Shown here piece after piece: positions 13,419 to 27,327 of a stretch of 64,000 nucleotides of DNA. The translations under genes were made by a program, and so were the position numbers. The stretch spans positions 4,710,573 to 4,774,572 of the forward strand of contig CM119266.1 in the NCBI GenBank assembly GCA_051294375.1. Reading direction: 5' to 3'. This stretch comes from Paraspadella gotoi. Lineage: Eukaryota; Animalia; Chaetognatha. The number at the start of each line of letters is the position of its first letter. Position 1 is the stretch's first letter. The notes beneath the pieces are model-generated. The model was not told where the DNA came from, ran no database searches, and worked only from the letters and a program-made list of their open reading frames with translations.

Positions 13419-16400
13419 CCAGGCGCATGGGGGGGTGATCTCCCTTGTAGAAAGGAGAGGCGCATGGGTTTAAGCTCGAAGAATCAATTACTTGAGGCTC
13501 AATGTTGTCATTTCTTGGTGCGAAGGATCTTCGTCTTTCTTTGCGCTTTGCCTAGAGAAATGAGATGATGATGATGATTATTAGATGACGATGATAATGA
13601 TTCTGATGATAATCATGGCCATTAAGGAATTCGATTAACACATGCACGGTTAAGATGATCTCATTTTCCCTTATAATGGAATATCCTTGCAAAGCAAAGG
13701 ACTAATATTTTTTTTGGGGGGGTTTCCTAACATTTCGTCATTTACCTGAGTGAAAAAAGAAAGAAATGAAGAAAGGAGAAAAGTAAAAATATGACTAAGA
13801 CACGAAATAAAAAAATAGAATTTGTCTTCTTTCTTGAAATTTGTTCTAACGGGGGTGCATCTTATATTATTATTGTTTTTGACCTTATGTTTAGTGGTAG
13901 ATATCAGATGAGCTTCTACAAAATGATCTAAACTGCTACAATATGTAAATGAGATTGAAGAACTCGATCTCATTTGAAATGAACCACAAATTATTCTGCT
14001 ACAAAGTTAAATGCAGAAAAGAAAATTTTCGTTAAAATTTCTGTTTCAATTTAATAATGAAATAAATTTCATCCACATTCTACAGAGTGATTCAATTTAT
14101 CAAAAGACGAATTCTCAGGTTCGATTTCCCTCTTTCTCACATGAATCAAATTTCAATTAAGCAATTAAGGCTTTGAGTTTTATTTCCACTGGGTCTTTTA
14201 TGTACAGACCAACAATTCCTACTCTAATGCTTTTAGGCCACAACTCAACTTAGCCTCGCTTTCAAAGATCCTGGTTTCGTTCCCGCACTCTGTAACGTCA
14301 TCAATACCTCCACGAATCCCCAGGTGAGAAATATCCACTTTAATTTAATTATTATAATTCATTTACTCAATTGAATACAACCCCCCCCAGGTGAGACAAT
14401 ATGGGGCGGTTGTACTGAGACGCCGAGTGGCTAAGAAGAAGCAATGGCTCGCCATTAGTCAAGACGTCAAGGAAAACATTCATGAAAATTTGCTTCAAGT
14501 GAGTCACATTTGGTTTCATACTTTTCTTTGTCGCTTCGGGAAAAAAAAATTCATATGTTTGTTATGTGGTCGCTCTAGGTTTTCGTCAGCGAGCCCGAGA
14601 AGACAGTCCGACAAGCGCTTGCTCAGCTGGTGGGAACGATCGCCAAGCACGACGTACCGCAAAACTCTTGGCCGCAACTCTGGACGTTTCTCCAAGAGTA
14701 CACCAAAGCGGGGGATCCGGCGCAGAGGGAGGTAAGTTACTCCACGTATGGGTCCACCAGATTCGCAATCTCGAGTCGAAAATTAATCATCCAAAATTAG
14801 TTTTGAGATTTGTGAGATTTTTCCCTCATGACTTTCTTCTTCTTCTTCTTCCTCCTCCAGTTGGGGATGTTGATAATGTCGACGCTGACGGCGGCGGCGG
14901 CGGATTCTCTCGAGGCTCACGTTCCTTCCCTCCTCTCGCTCCTCAACTCGACTCTTAATGACGACGAATCGCATTTGGTTCCTTTCTTCTCTATTCAGTC
15001 AGTTGGTTGACAGTGAGAGGCCGATGATTATGATAATGGTGATGACAGAAAAACTTTGCTTTTGTTGATTATGATGATGGTGATGACAGAGAGATATGAG
15101 GTCTGAAAAATGTCAAATTGGATGATGATGATGATTACTTATGAATTTTGGTTTCGACGACGATGAAGGACTTAAAAATAAACTTGGTTAAGATGATGAC
15201 AATGATAAAAGTCAAATCTTTATTTTGATGTTGATGACAACAAATATTTCCCTTTTTCCGGAAAACAGAACGCTGTCCCACCTTGTCTGCGTGGTGAGCG
15301 ATCAGAACGACGTCAAACAATTTCAAAATCTCTTTCCCCGCGTCCTTCAAGTCATCAGAGTCTTGCTGGCCGTCGACGAGGTGAAGCGAACGAGAGACCC
15401 ATTCTGAAATCAATGCGTTATCTATTTATCTATCCCGGCTTGCAAACAAGTGTAGGCGGTCTCTAGTAAACCCGGAACAGTGTTGTCATGAGCTGATGGC
15501 CTTACTCAAATAGCCACCGGGTCACGACATTTCAAGGAGACATTTCCTTCCTCCAGGAGCAAGCGGTGACCGCCCTGGAGATCTTCGACGAGCTGATGGA
15601 GACGGAAGTGGCCATCGTCCTTCCACATATCAAGACCATCGTCGAATTTTGTCTCGAAGTCGCCGCCGACGCCAAACTGGGCAACCCTCCGCGGGTCCGC
15701 GCTCTCTCCCATCTCAGTTGGGTCATATCGCTTAAGAAGAAGACCATCAAGAAGCACAAGCTGGTGAGAAGTGGAAGTGGAGCTCAATTGTTGGGGATTC
15801 ATTGTCCCACGAATTTTTAAGTTGTTGGCGGATCTGTTCACATTTGGGAGATCAGTCGGCGGGTCCGTTCGCATTTGTTTCTTACTTTCAAATGTGATCA
15901 TTCTTTTGACAATAATTTTTAAAAAATATGTAATGATATGGAAATGAGGTTTAAATCGAGGCTTTGACGAAAACAATTGATTACTACCCTGTAATTCTTT
16001 TCTTGTCAAGGTTCCCGCGATGCTTAACGTGATTTTCCCGTTGATGTGCGCGCCCCCCGAGGATGAAGAGGAAGAGGAGGACATGTTGGAGTCGGACGAG
16101 CTGTCGGCCAACACCCCGCAGACGATGGCGGCTCAAGTCATCGACAATCTCGCTTTGCATTTGCCCCCGGAATCACTCATACCCAATTTAGTAAGATATG
16201 TGATTGATGATAGTTTATTATTGTTATTATATTGATAATCGACGTTGATATGCGAGTAATACAGCAGTGAAAATTTCTATTATATTGGATTTGTTTTCCG
16301 TTTCCTCAGATGGTTCAAGTACAACCAGCCTTGTCGCATGAAGATCCTTATGTCAGAAAGGCGGCCTACACAACTCTTGCAGTCGCCTGCGAGGTAATTC

Positions 16401-19400
16401 TCAGATTTCACTCTTGACTAAAATGGAGATGCAGCCATTGATTCTCTCTCCTCCTCCGCTGCGCAGGGTTGTGCCGACCATATTCGGCAAAAGTACTTAA
16501 AGGACGTGTTGGAATGCGTCTGCAGAGGAATCACCGACAATCACAAGATCGTCAGACACGCGGCTCTTTTCGCCTTGGGCCAATTCTCTGAACACTTACA
16601 AGTACGCTTTATTAGTGGACGAACCTTTTTGAATACATAATCTTCATTTATTTTTAATCCTAAAGTTAAAATGGCATTTAATATTATTACACTTTTCGCC
16701 AATTTTTAAGTACATTTTTTTCTGAGTTTTTTGTGCGGTTCTCTGCAATTTATTTTACCTCATTTACATATATTTGCTTTAATGGGAAAAGAAAGAATAA
16801 TTTTTTTAAAATTTTCCCGCTCGTTTAAATCAAAAGTTTTAGCGATTAGCGACCGTCACGTGTCAGATGAGACTCTGACCGCCGGAGTAATTATTAAATT
16901 AATCAACTACGCCAAACACAGATAAAATATTTCTTTCATCTCCGATCTCTTTCATCAGCCCGACATCAGCAAATACTCTGAGCAAATCCTCCCGCTCTTG
17001 TTCAACTACCTGGCGGCGCTGACGTCCGAGGCGCCGGAGAATCAAGACTTGAAGGGAATCAACAAGACTTTCTACGCGTTGGAGATGTTCTGCGAAAGCC
17101 TCGCCCGCGACATCAACCCTTACCTCCCGGAGTTGATGAACCGACTCTTCGCCGCCCTCAATCAGCACAACTCGGTCAAGCTGAGAGAGTTAGGGCTCAG
17201 CGCAGTCGCCGCTACGGGTCGGTCATTTGGATTTCAAAATATTGTGGAGAAATCACGTGAATTTTCTTGAAAACTCAATTATTGATAAACCCTATTTAAG
17301 TATAGCTAAAATAGTAAAATAAGACTTTTATGAAAACCATATCAAAAAGTACGATAAATTATCTAAAATACCATAAAATATAATATGTAAATAATATTGA
17401 AGAATTCCATCTCATTTGAAACGAACCAGGAGTTATTCTGCCACAATTTTAATTGCTGCAATATGCAAATTAGATTTCATAAATATCAATTTCCCAATGG
17501 ATTATGCATTCGCCCCTTGTATTTGGTATAGCCAACGCCGCCGGCGAAGACTTACTTCCCTACTTCAACGACGTTATGGAGCATTTGAAGATTTACCTCA
17601 TGAGCACCACCGACACTTCACCCGATTTTATTAAGGTTTTTTAAATGTTTAAATACTTGAAAGTTTCGGCTTTAAATCTACCAATGCGTATTGATTTCAA
17701 AATTAGCTGCAAACTCAAGCGGTGGACACGCTGGGTATGCTGGCCCGAACGATCGGGAAGAACAACTTCATGCCGCTGGCGGAGGAGTGCATCCAGTTGG
17801 GTCTGAAACTCATCTCAGAATTGGACGACCCCGATCTCAGAAGATGCACGTGAGTGATCGCCTAATCACGGTATTACTTCACTAACTACTAACTCATTTA
17901 CTCAAAGTTAATTTAAACAAGTTTGAGCAAACAATGTCGGATTTGCCTACGATAATTAAGCGGTAATCAGCGAATCGGATGATAAATGACGATAATTCTT
18001 TTAATTTGTCATCTCATTAAAAATAACATATCATACCAAACCAAAGCAGTGATTGCGCCAATACATGTAAATCGCTTGCAACGGATTAAACTGAACTTAC
18101 TATGGTAGAAATAATTACAAATAAAGTACAAATATTTTTTTTTTCAACTCGATTCCATCAAAACTTTATATCCTGCTCAATCACACACTTTCCTTGCCAC
18201 AAACAAAATTTCATCTCAATCGATCCATTCAATTATGATTAATTCGAGTAATTATGGGTTAAAATTAGTAAATGTGACTTATGTTTTTTCCATTGAAACT
18301 CATTTCCACGATTCCATCGAAACTTTATATCAAGCTCAATCACACATTTTTCTAACCACACACAAAATATCATTCTAATCCATCCATCCTATCACGAGTC
18401 ATTGGAGTTTTTTTGCTAAGGGTGGACGGACGGACGGACCTACAGACAGACGATGTTCTGATATGATTTAAGTAAATGCCCGACAATACTGAGGGGGCTG
18501 ACCGACAAAGTGAATTATAGAGTCGGGATCTACTGATAAGCAGATCCGACTAAAAAACATTAATTATAAAAAGTAGAGCTGCTAATGTAGCTGGTTGTTC
18601 TCAAACTGGTTTTGCTATTTCAAATATATATAATCTTTCGTTTCTTTCCTTTTTGACATTAAACGACACCGCGGTTGATAATGACGAATCGTATTATTAT
18701 AACAAGAGCGTAAATCAAGGATCGCTAAACAATAAAAATCCGGAAAACGTGTTCCTCAGTGATCCTTCCAGATTTGAAAATCTGCCTCCGTGAAGTCGAG
18801 CGTAAACGCTTTGAAAAAAGAAAAAGAAAAATATTAAGATTGGCCTGATTGGAGATTGACCCAGCGACCCATGCAGGTGATGTACCTGTCTCCCTTCTCC
18901 AACCGCAGCACGACGGTGTTGGTGCCCGGCGACCACGAGGTGGAGTAAAAGTCTTGATCCGAATCGATGACGATTGTCCACACGTGACGGTCGTTGTGGA
19001 CAAGATCCACCGCCGCCTGGCGAGAGATTTAACCAACCACGGTTATCTTATTAGGATATTTCAAAAGGATTATCGAAAAAAGATTTTTAAATTTTTATTA
19101 ATGATAGGTGATATTTTTAAAGTAACCCGTAACATTTCTCCGATCATGAGTTGTTCGTAAAAAGAAAAAAAATATTGCCAAATTGTTAAGCTACAGTTTT
19201 TTAAAGAAATATGCTAATCTTATTGCAAAACCGAGTAATTATTAAATCTTATTAAAAAAAAAAAAATAACCCGGTAACTTCTTGAATTAAAAAACTTAAA
19301 CCAACTATGAGAGAATCTGAAAAATGCAAATTGGATCAATGAGCGAAATCTCCTTAAATTGTCTTCGTATTATTATTGACATTGAGATTCTCTCTTCACC

Positions 19401-22400
19401 TCGTATCCTCGCCTCGCGGTGATTGTGAGCGAGAAATAATAAAATCCTCTAATCGGCGCCACGAATTTTGCCGACTCTTCGTCGAAGGCGTCGCCCGCGT
19501 TTGAGTGAACCACGTCGAAGGGAATCGCGTATGTTGATTCGGAATTCGGGTGACCGAAGTAATTGCGGAGGGAAGCGGAGAAGGCCACGCGAGGGGACGA
19601 CGACGACGACGATGATGACGACGACGAAGATGGCGCTGACAAGGAGGGCGACTTTATTTCTGAATCGATGCCGAAAATTTTGCGTCGTTTGATGTCTTCG
19701 CGGATAAGTTGGAAAAAAATGTTGAACTTACCCAACTCAAACTTTCAACTTACCCAATCGTTTTCCCTTTTTATTTTTCTGCTTTTCTCGTCTTTCCTTC
19801 TTCCGTCTCTTCACTTCCTCCTCTACTCCCTCCACTTCCTCTTCCTCCTCTCCTCCCTCCACCGATTTCGATGTCGTCGACGGCAGCTTCGCCATCGCCT
19901 GTCGCATCACAGCTCCTCCTTCCGCCGTCGGGTCGAAGGGGGCGCCGTATCGTTTTAAGGGGACGCGATAAGTCGACGTCTCCGGATCTTCGTTTCCGGT
20001 TTTCGTTCGCTTCGTCCCCGACGCGGGTTTACACTTGACCACCATCTCGCAGTGTTGTTCCCCGTCCTCCGTCCAGGGGTCGACGTCGTCTGTCGGCGAA
20101 GACCAACAGGCGGTGAACAGGCAAAGGGTCAGGCCCAAAGTCAGGCCCAACCAGGCGAGTCTTTGTCCTTTTCTCCGTCCGGCCTGATTAAGCGTCGGAA
20201 TTCGTCGGAGCGAAGTTGTGGAAAAATGAGTGAGAGAAGAACATTCCATCCTCGTCTCTTTGTTGTTTTTATTCTCTCTCTCTCTCTGTCTCGCTCTCTC
20301 TCTTTCTCTCCCACACATAAAAAAGCGAAGATTAAATCCTGGAAAGGGTTCTCACCCCTTTCGCCAATCCCGGCGGATGTTTTCTGTAATTCGAAACTTA
20401 TTATGGCGAAAAAGGCGCTCGGCCTTATGTTTTTAAACTCGACATCGAGGACGAAATATGCTTTTGTTTTTCACGACGACGACGACGAAGAAAAACGGTT
20501 TTTGTGTTGATGAAACCGATACTTCTTGTTCGGTGGTTGGAAAGAGAAAAAAGGAATAAGAAACGGTTGAGAGAGTCTACTTTATTTCGTTTAGGTTTTG
20601 ATTTAATTTACTTTTTTTTAATATATGAAGACGGATTTACTAACGGTTTTATTTACTCCCGTGTATTTATATTCCCAGTCCCGATAGAACTGCATGATTG
20701 ACAATCGAGTTTGTTTTTTTTTCTTGCGGAAATGAGACGATCTGTTTTTTTTTTTCTTAAACCCGAAAAAAATTGAGGTGGGGGGGGGGTAAGTGAAAAA
20801 TTGGAGGCGTGAGCGAAAGACTTGACTTTTCAATCAAAAAAACAAAGAGGCGACTTGAAATTTTAAAAACTTTTGGGATGAAAATCCTGGTTTTCTTATT
20901 TTCGTTTTGAGCTTCCGTTGAAGGAGGGAAAAAAATTCACGAATCTCTGGAATTTTGAAAAGGAAAAAAAAAACTTGACTGGTTGTCGGGAGAGAGACAC
21001 GATTATTTTTTTTTGAAGTTTTGACTGGTGGATTAATTTTTTTTGTTTGGGCGAGCCGCCGCCAAATCGTAAACCGAAAGGGAAAAATCGTTTCGTTGGT
21101 TTTAAATGAAAGGAATAAACCGCTCATCGTAAAATCTGTTGATCGATACGAGACGGAAAGGCCTCCGCGGGAAGACTGGGTCAGAGCCCAATTCAAAAAG
21201 CCATAAGGCGTGAGAGCTTTTTCATCTCGATCGCTATCCAACAAATATGATGATCGAAGGGTGCGAATGAGAGAGAGAGAGAGAATAAATCCGTGAACGT
21301 TGGGTTTTTAGTTCTCTCAATCACACACACACCCTCACACTGAAATACTGGCGAATGTTTACGGATAAATTGAATAGAAAGTTTTCCTTTGGATCAACTG
21401 ACACTCGGTATCAGTTTCACCTCAAGGGTCTTCACTCTCTCCTCTCACAGATTCGATTTGGACCAGGAGTTTTTTCCCCTCCTTGATTGAGTCGCGGCTA
21501 CGGGACTCTCTTTGCTCTTTTTGGTCTGTCTGTCCGTTTGGTTATTGTGCCAAAGAGGAAAGAAACTTAAATGAGGAGGCGAATCGCAAATTTAAACAAC
21601 TAATACTGGAAGAAAAAAGGGATAGTTATAACTTTTTAAAAATAGTTTAGGAAATAAAATAATTTTAACTACAAAGAGCCGTGACTTATGGTTCGGTCGG
21701 GGATTAGCTGTTTTTTTTATTCGTGACTGGAGCGAAGGAGCGTGACAATTAGTCACGCCCTTGTGAGCGAGAAGCGTGACAGTAAGAGTAATAAGACTAA
21801 TAATTGCGTTTCATTGTAAAGAAAAAGTGAGATTATTTTAAGGAAAGTTATTAATTGAGAAATATAATTCCTCAATTTTCCAGATACGGTCTTTTCGCTT
21901 CGATCTCCTACGTCCTCGAAGAGTCGATGGGAAAGTATTTGCCCACCATCGTCAAACTCATGGTCGAGTCTCTCAAGTCCACCGAGGGATACAAGGTGAT
22001 TCGGCGGCGCCACGCCCCCTTTTTTGTAAAGCAGGATTAAATTAAAACTTACAAAGCTTAGACGTATTCTGTACTAAATATTATTAAATGAAATGAGACC
22101 CTAAATTTAAGTGTTCGCCTTTATTAAAACTGACTATAGCTGTAGCAGATTAATTTGTGAATTGTCTGAAATGAGATGGAGTTCCTCAATCTCATCTGCA
22201 TATTGTCGTATTCTGATTAAGCTTTCAATTTATTCTTAAACCGTTAATTTAAAGGGGAAAACCTCTCTTGATGAATCACATAATAATTGAAACCATTAAA
22301 CTAGGATATGCAAATGAGATTGATAAATTAAAGGAAGAAATCTGTTTCAGGAACACTACGCAGAGGAAGAGGATTCCGCCTTCTTCAGTTTCGCCGACGA

Positions 22401-25400
22401 AGATGACGACGCCGCCGAAGAGGATCTCATGGAGGAGGCGCCGCAGGGGGCGCCACCGGGACGACCCGGCGTCAAACCTGGCGCCAATCGACTCAACGGC
22501 GAAACCCCCAACGAGGAAGAGGAGGAAATCGTCGGGTAATGAATTCTATGAATCAATGAATGCTATGAATGAATGAATGCTCAGTTTGAATAAAATATTT
22601 CGTCGCGCCATTTTTCGCTTATCTTAGCAAAATAGGTATTCGTTTTAAACATTAACAATAATTCTAAAACATAGCTTTTTCAAAGTCGGGGCAAGCATAA
22701 TTATTCTTTAAATGAATGGTTAATTTTTATACTGGTTGAACCAATTTAATAATTAATATGATTCCAATTGATAATTACAGGTACAGTGTGGAGAACGCGT
22801 ACTTGGATGAAAAAGAGGACACGTGTTGCGCAATGGGAGAGTTGGCGACGAATTGCAAAGGATCCTTCATGCCCTTCCTCAACGAATGTTTTAAAGAAGT
22901 GAGAGAGAAAAGGCTCCTCAATTTCTTATTTTAATTAATTTTTATTAATTAATTAATTTTAAAATTTTCTTGCAGGTTTGGGAGATGGTTGACTACCCAT
23001 CACCCGGCATCAAGAAAGCAGCGATCGCCGCCATCGCACAATTTTGCTGTTCCTTGGCAAAAGTGACGCAAAGTGCGCAGTCGGAGGAAGGGCTCGCCGG
23101 TGAGTGCGTGCGTGAGTGAGTGCACCGTTGGAGGAAGGGCTCGCCGTTGAGTCGACTTCGGATCTCCCCCGACCTTTTCTCACACTTACCCTTCGGCCCC
23201 CACCTTCCCGCCCTTTCAGCCCTTCACGAGCTGCTGTCGCGATGCCTCCCCAAACTGTTCGAAACCATCGAAGAGGACGGGGACCGTCACGTTGTCATGA
23301 CGACGCTGGAGAGTCTCAAAGACATGGTGGCCGTCATCCAGACACCCTTGCTCGAGAACGGCGTCCTAGACAGAATCATCAAGTGCCTACTAGACGTGCT
23401 CCAGGTTGTTGAGAGAGAGAGAGAGAGAGAAAGAAAGAAAGAAAGAAAGAAAACATTGATCAGACCAGTCTATATTGGGCCGATATGGGAACGTTATGAA
23501 GGCATGATAAATTTAGTGCTGTCAATAAAAACTATTTGTTAGCAATTAGCACCGTGAATAATTTTTTGAACCTAAACCGAAAAAAAATCTAATTTTTAAC
23601 GTTTTGACGCCCATTAACAGCGATAGAGGACACTAAAATTCAAATTATATTAATTAATTAATTAATGAATCTAAATTCCCCCCCCTTCCCTCAGGGCAAG
23701 ACGGCTTGCCAGGGCGAGGACGACGACGACGCCGGGGACGAAGACGAAGAGGCGGAGTACGACAAGATGTTGGTCGAGTGCGCGGGAGAAGTCATTCCCG
23801 AGTTGGCAAAGGCCGCCGGGGGTCAGCCCTTCCTCGCCCATCTCGGCGTCCTCCTGCCACCGATCCTCGCCAAGCTGGTGAGCCGGGAGAAAAAGGACGG
23901 GGATGATTATTATTATTTAATCAATGTTCTATGTCGGGTTCGCCGTAAGATTGTTTTCGACGATTTTGTCCAAAAGTAGATTAACCTTGCGATGCTTAAA
24001 TAAATGCCTCCTATTTTTTCGAAGCTAAAACTGACATCTCTAGCCAACCGTATTAATCGATATTAAATATAAAGCTAGTGCTTTAATTTAATTTTGATAT
24101 TTGGCTAATATATTTTTTAAAATGTTTACAATCTGAAATTGTGTTTTTGGGCAGCAAAAGCGCCACTCGTCCGTCGCGGATCGATCCTTCGTCATGGGAA
24201 CGATCGGGGAAATCGCCGACGCCATGGGATCCGCCGTCGCAGATTTCGTCCCCACTTTCTATCCCATCGTCCACGGAGGAATTAAGGACGACGACGAGGA
24301 GGTTCACGTTTTCCTCACTGCATTGGACATCATTCTTTCTTTTCTTTATTTTAAACTATGATTAATTTGCTGAAACCGTTAGTTAAGGACGAAGGTTGTG
24401 ACGAGAGAAATTATTATTTTTTTTTTAACATCACTTCGAAACTTAGAAAAGAAGAAGGGACTCTTTTCATCACGAATTTACTCTTTAAAAATTTAATTAC
24501 TGAGAAAAAAAAATGAGGAATGAAGAAAATTTTAATCCCTCGTAGTCCCCTTAACTCCCCTTTTAATCCAATTTAGTTTTGTCATATAAAAAATTAAACG
24601 ACTAAATATAATTTCAAAGCATACGCCTATGTCCAATTTCGTTTCATAACCAAAGACAAATTCTTAAAACGAACCACGATTCGGCCGATGTTAAAACGTT
24701 TGCCCACACCCTCGCCCATTCTGAAGGTTCGAAGCAACGCCGTATACGCCCTGGGCGTGTTGGCGGCCTGCGGCGGAGACGCCATGTTCTCTCAGTATTC
24801 GCACATCATTCATATGCTGTTCAACTTGCTGCAAAAGGAAAAGGACGGAAGAACCATCGACAACATTTGTGGTGCTGCTTGTCGCATGATTATCGCCAAC
24901 ACCAAGTTGGTGCCCGTGAGCGAAGTTTTCCCCATGGTCGTCTCAAAACTCCCGTTAAAGGTACGACGACGTCCACAACGACGACGACCACAACCTTAAC
25001 TTTTCTCTTTTCTTCCCAGGACGATTTAGAGGAAAACAAGACTGTTTTCGAATGCGTGACGAAATTGTACCACGACGGGAATTTGGAAGTGATGAAGCAC
25101 ATGCCACAACTCATTCTCGTCGGTGCCCAGGTCCTCCAGCACAAACAAGTCAAAGAGAGTAAGTCGCTCCAAATTCCAGGTCAACTTGGTAGGGAGTTTG
25201 AGTCCTCGACTCTTTAATTGGTTTTTTTTTGCATTTGTTTTTAACTTTTTATGTAACTAATGCCACTCCATTCCCCCCCCCCACCTGACTCCCCTCCTTC
25301 CATCCTTGAAGACGGTAAACTGGTCGTGTCGAGTTTCTTCCGCGAGATTCACGTCAAATACCCGTCGCAGTTGGCCGAAGTGGTTTGCGGTCTCCCGCAG

Positions 25401-25553
25401 GATTTGCAGGAGACCCTCAACACGGCCATCCACGGTCCCCCCACTCAGGCCCACGCCCCCAACATCCTGCCCCTGACCCCGGCCAACAACAGCAACGCCC
25501 TCAACGGTGATCTCTCGCCTTCCGACAACGGAGACCCGATCGAGGGATCGTAA
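12923..25553 (+). CDS. IPO4: Importin-4 (karyopherin-beta/HEAT repeat), about 20 exons
   Basis: LEEILANLLVPDNAVIKQ|ATTQL...PQ|VRQYGAVVLRRRV; ALEIFDELMETE; EGCADHIR; ALFALGQFSEHLQ|PDI; YSVENAYLDEKEDTC; VRSNAVYALG; DNICGA; LPLKDDLEE, all typical of IPO4. Confidence 0.93.
13934..14003. repeat. Member of a dispersed ~70-bp repeat family with an internal hairpin
   Basis: Similar copies at 17382-17445 (+) and 22141-22210 (-); partial copies at 181-220, 22305-22330 and 32811-32840; core AAATGAGATTGAAGAACTCGATCTCATTT. Confidence 0.75.
18151..18556. mobile_element. Non-autonomous Helentron/HINE-like element remnant
   Basis: Two diverged ~80-bp direct repeats (18151, 18310), GGAC/CAGA microsatellite (18424-18452), terminal hairpin AGTCGGGATCT..AGATCCGACT followed by an A-run; this layout resembles HINE elements. 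Confidence 0.5.
18715..20249 (-). CDS. Secreted or signal-anchored globular C1q-domain protein (C1q-like/cerebellin-like), 4 coding exons, nested in an IPO4 intron
   Basis: Hydrophobic LAWLGLTLGLTLCLFTACWS; C1q motifs VAFSASL, IPFDVVHSNAGDAFD..KFVAPIRGFYYFS, NTVVLRLEKGDSVYARL, TFSGFLL; introns 19696-19753, ~19018-19399 and ~18810-18886 are in phase. Confidence 0.88.
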
Positions 25554-27327
25554 CGAAGCTTTAAGCCAAAGCCGAGAATTTATTCGTCTCACGTTCGTCC
25601 CTTCTCTTTTTTCTTTTTTTAACCGACGAGAATTTTCGAATTGGTTCCCCACTCCAATTTGATTTATTTTACCCCCTCCCCCCACGTTGTTTTTGAGTAA
25701 CGAATGGCACCTTTTTAACAATGAATAGAAAAACCAAAAAAAAAAAAAGTTTCCAGGATGCTCGTGATAATCTCGGGTTTTTTTGTTTGTTTTATTAGAA
25801 TTTCCTTTTAGAAATAACCATATTTCCTGTCCGTTTGCTCCCCCCGTTTTTTTTTCATTCTGGTACCCAACGTAGGATCAGAGACGCGTACAAAGTCCTT
25901 TCCACCTAAAAAGAAAAAAACAATTTTCAAATTTCTCTTTACTGTCCCTGATTAGAACCTTAATCGTTCGAGTAACAAACAAGTAGCAGATTTTAGATTA
26001 GCGACGTTCTCAGTGAAAAAATTAGCGACTAGTTGCCCCAAAATTTCGTCACGCAGCAGAACTACTAATACTCTCGATTTCAGTCTTTAAAAAAAACACC
26101 TTTGATTAAAAACCAAAAAGGCTTTTCTAGTTTCGCCTTAGTCTATAAGAGAACCCTACCAAGTCCAGTGGACTCGAATTATAATTCGCGGGGTGTTTAC
26201 TTGATCTTCACAAGGCAAGCTGTGGAGCAATCTTGACTTGATTTACGAATTCTGGTAATATATTTTTCAAAAAAAAAAATAACTTTATGAGCATTCCATA
26301 GTCTTATCATTCCCGCTTAGTTATTAAAAATTAATTTGCATCAATTCGTTTATCATCTAAACCTTGTTTGCGAAACTTTCTTATACGAGTCAAGAATAAG
26401 GGGAATGCTTATTTTGGAATGTATTATTAATTTATTACAAGCCCTTTTTTTATTTAGAAATAAATTTTGAATTGGAAAAAAATCGTGGGATATAGGAAAT
26501 GTATATCGGCTTGTCAGTTAAATATTTAAATCAATTTTGACCATAGCCCATCGTACAAACCATATAAAATGTAGAGATATTAGACTCATTAAAAAAAAAA
26601 AAAATTCCAAATGCGGCACATTCTCTGCATCAATTTTTTGGCGGACTTCTTTCGCGAATTTTATTTAATTAATCAATTTCAAAATGGCTAAGTTTAGTAA
26701 ATTAAACCACAATAATCTTAGTTAATTTAACAATCTAATGGTAATGCAAAGAAACCTGCTATTACATTTACACTTGTTTAACAATATTACCTTATGGCAC
26801 ATATTGAAGGACCATGGTTAACCAATTATTGAAACGAAATTAGTCAGTCGTTCAATAGTTACCCATCAATGTGTGTTCGTTTATGAATGAAACTTTATCT
26901 ATATCTAAATCTTTATTTCGAAATGGTCGTTAGTTGCTAGAATGAAAATTGTCCGAGTTCACAGTCAACATGTTATTCTACTTTATTGCTTAAATAAACC
27001 GAATCTGACTTCTTCATGCGCTACATTTTTTTTCATGATTATCTCATGATATGGCAAAAGATACCCATCAATTGAAGCTAAACCGAATGATTTATATCTC
27101 CTATTCATCTTTTTAATTTTAACAAAAATTTTAAAAATTGAAAACCATTTTTAATCAACGTATTATAAACTGTAAAAAAGTAGGAAAAATTAACTGTAAC
27201 AAACATTTAACCACTAGACAAGTACAATTTCCACTCCAAGGGCAGGCGCATAAAAAAATTATCGGTAAAATTGCACATTCACTGCTAAGGATCTACCCGG
27301 TCGGTGATTTTTTATCTACCAAAAACA

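Noticed and set aside
15039-15106. C/D box-like GTGATGA...CTGA
   Set aside because: Embedded in (GAT)n low-complexity sequence, with no terminal stem or recognisable guide
15432-15535. Possible H/ACA snoRNA in an IPO4 intron (two weak hairpins, ACA-ttt)
   Set aside because: H box non-canonical, stems poor and length short; needs a dedicated snoRNA search
24383-24556. TTAA-flanked element with weak inverted ends in an IPO4 intron
   Set aside because: Only ~8 bp of terminal complementarity, insufficient without copy-number data
26983-27003. miR-137-like TTATTGCTTAA
   Set aside because: AT-rich chance match with no 5p arm
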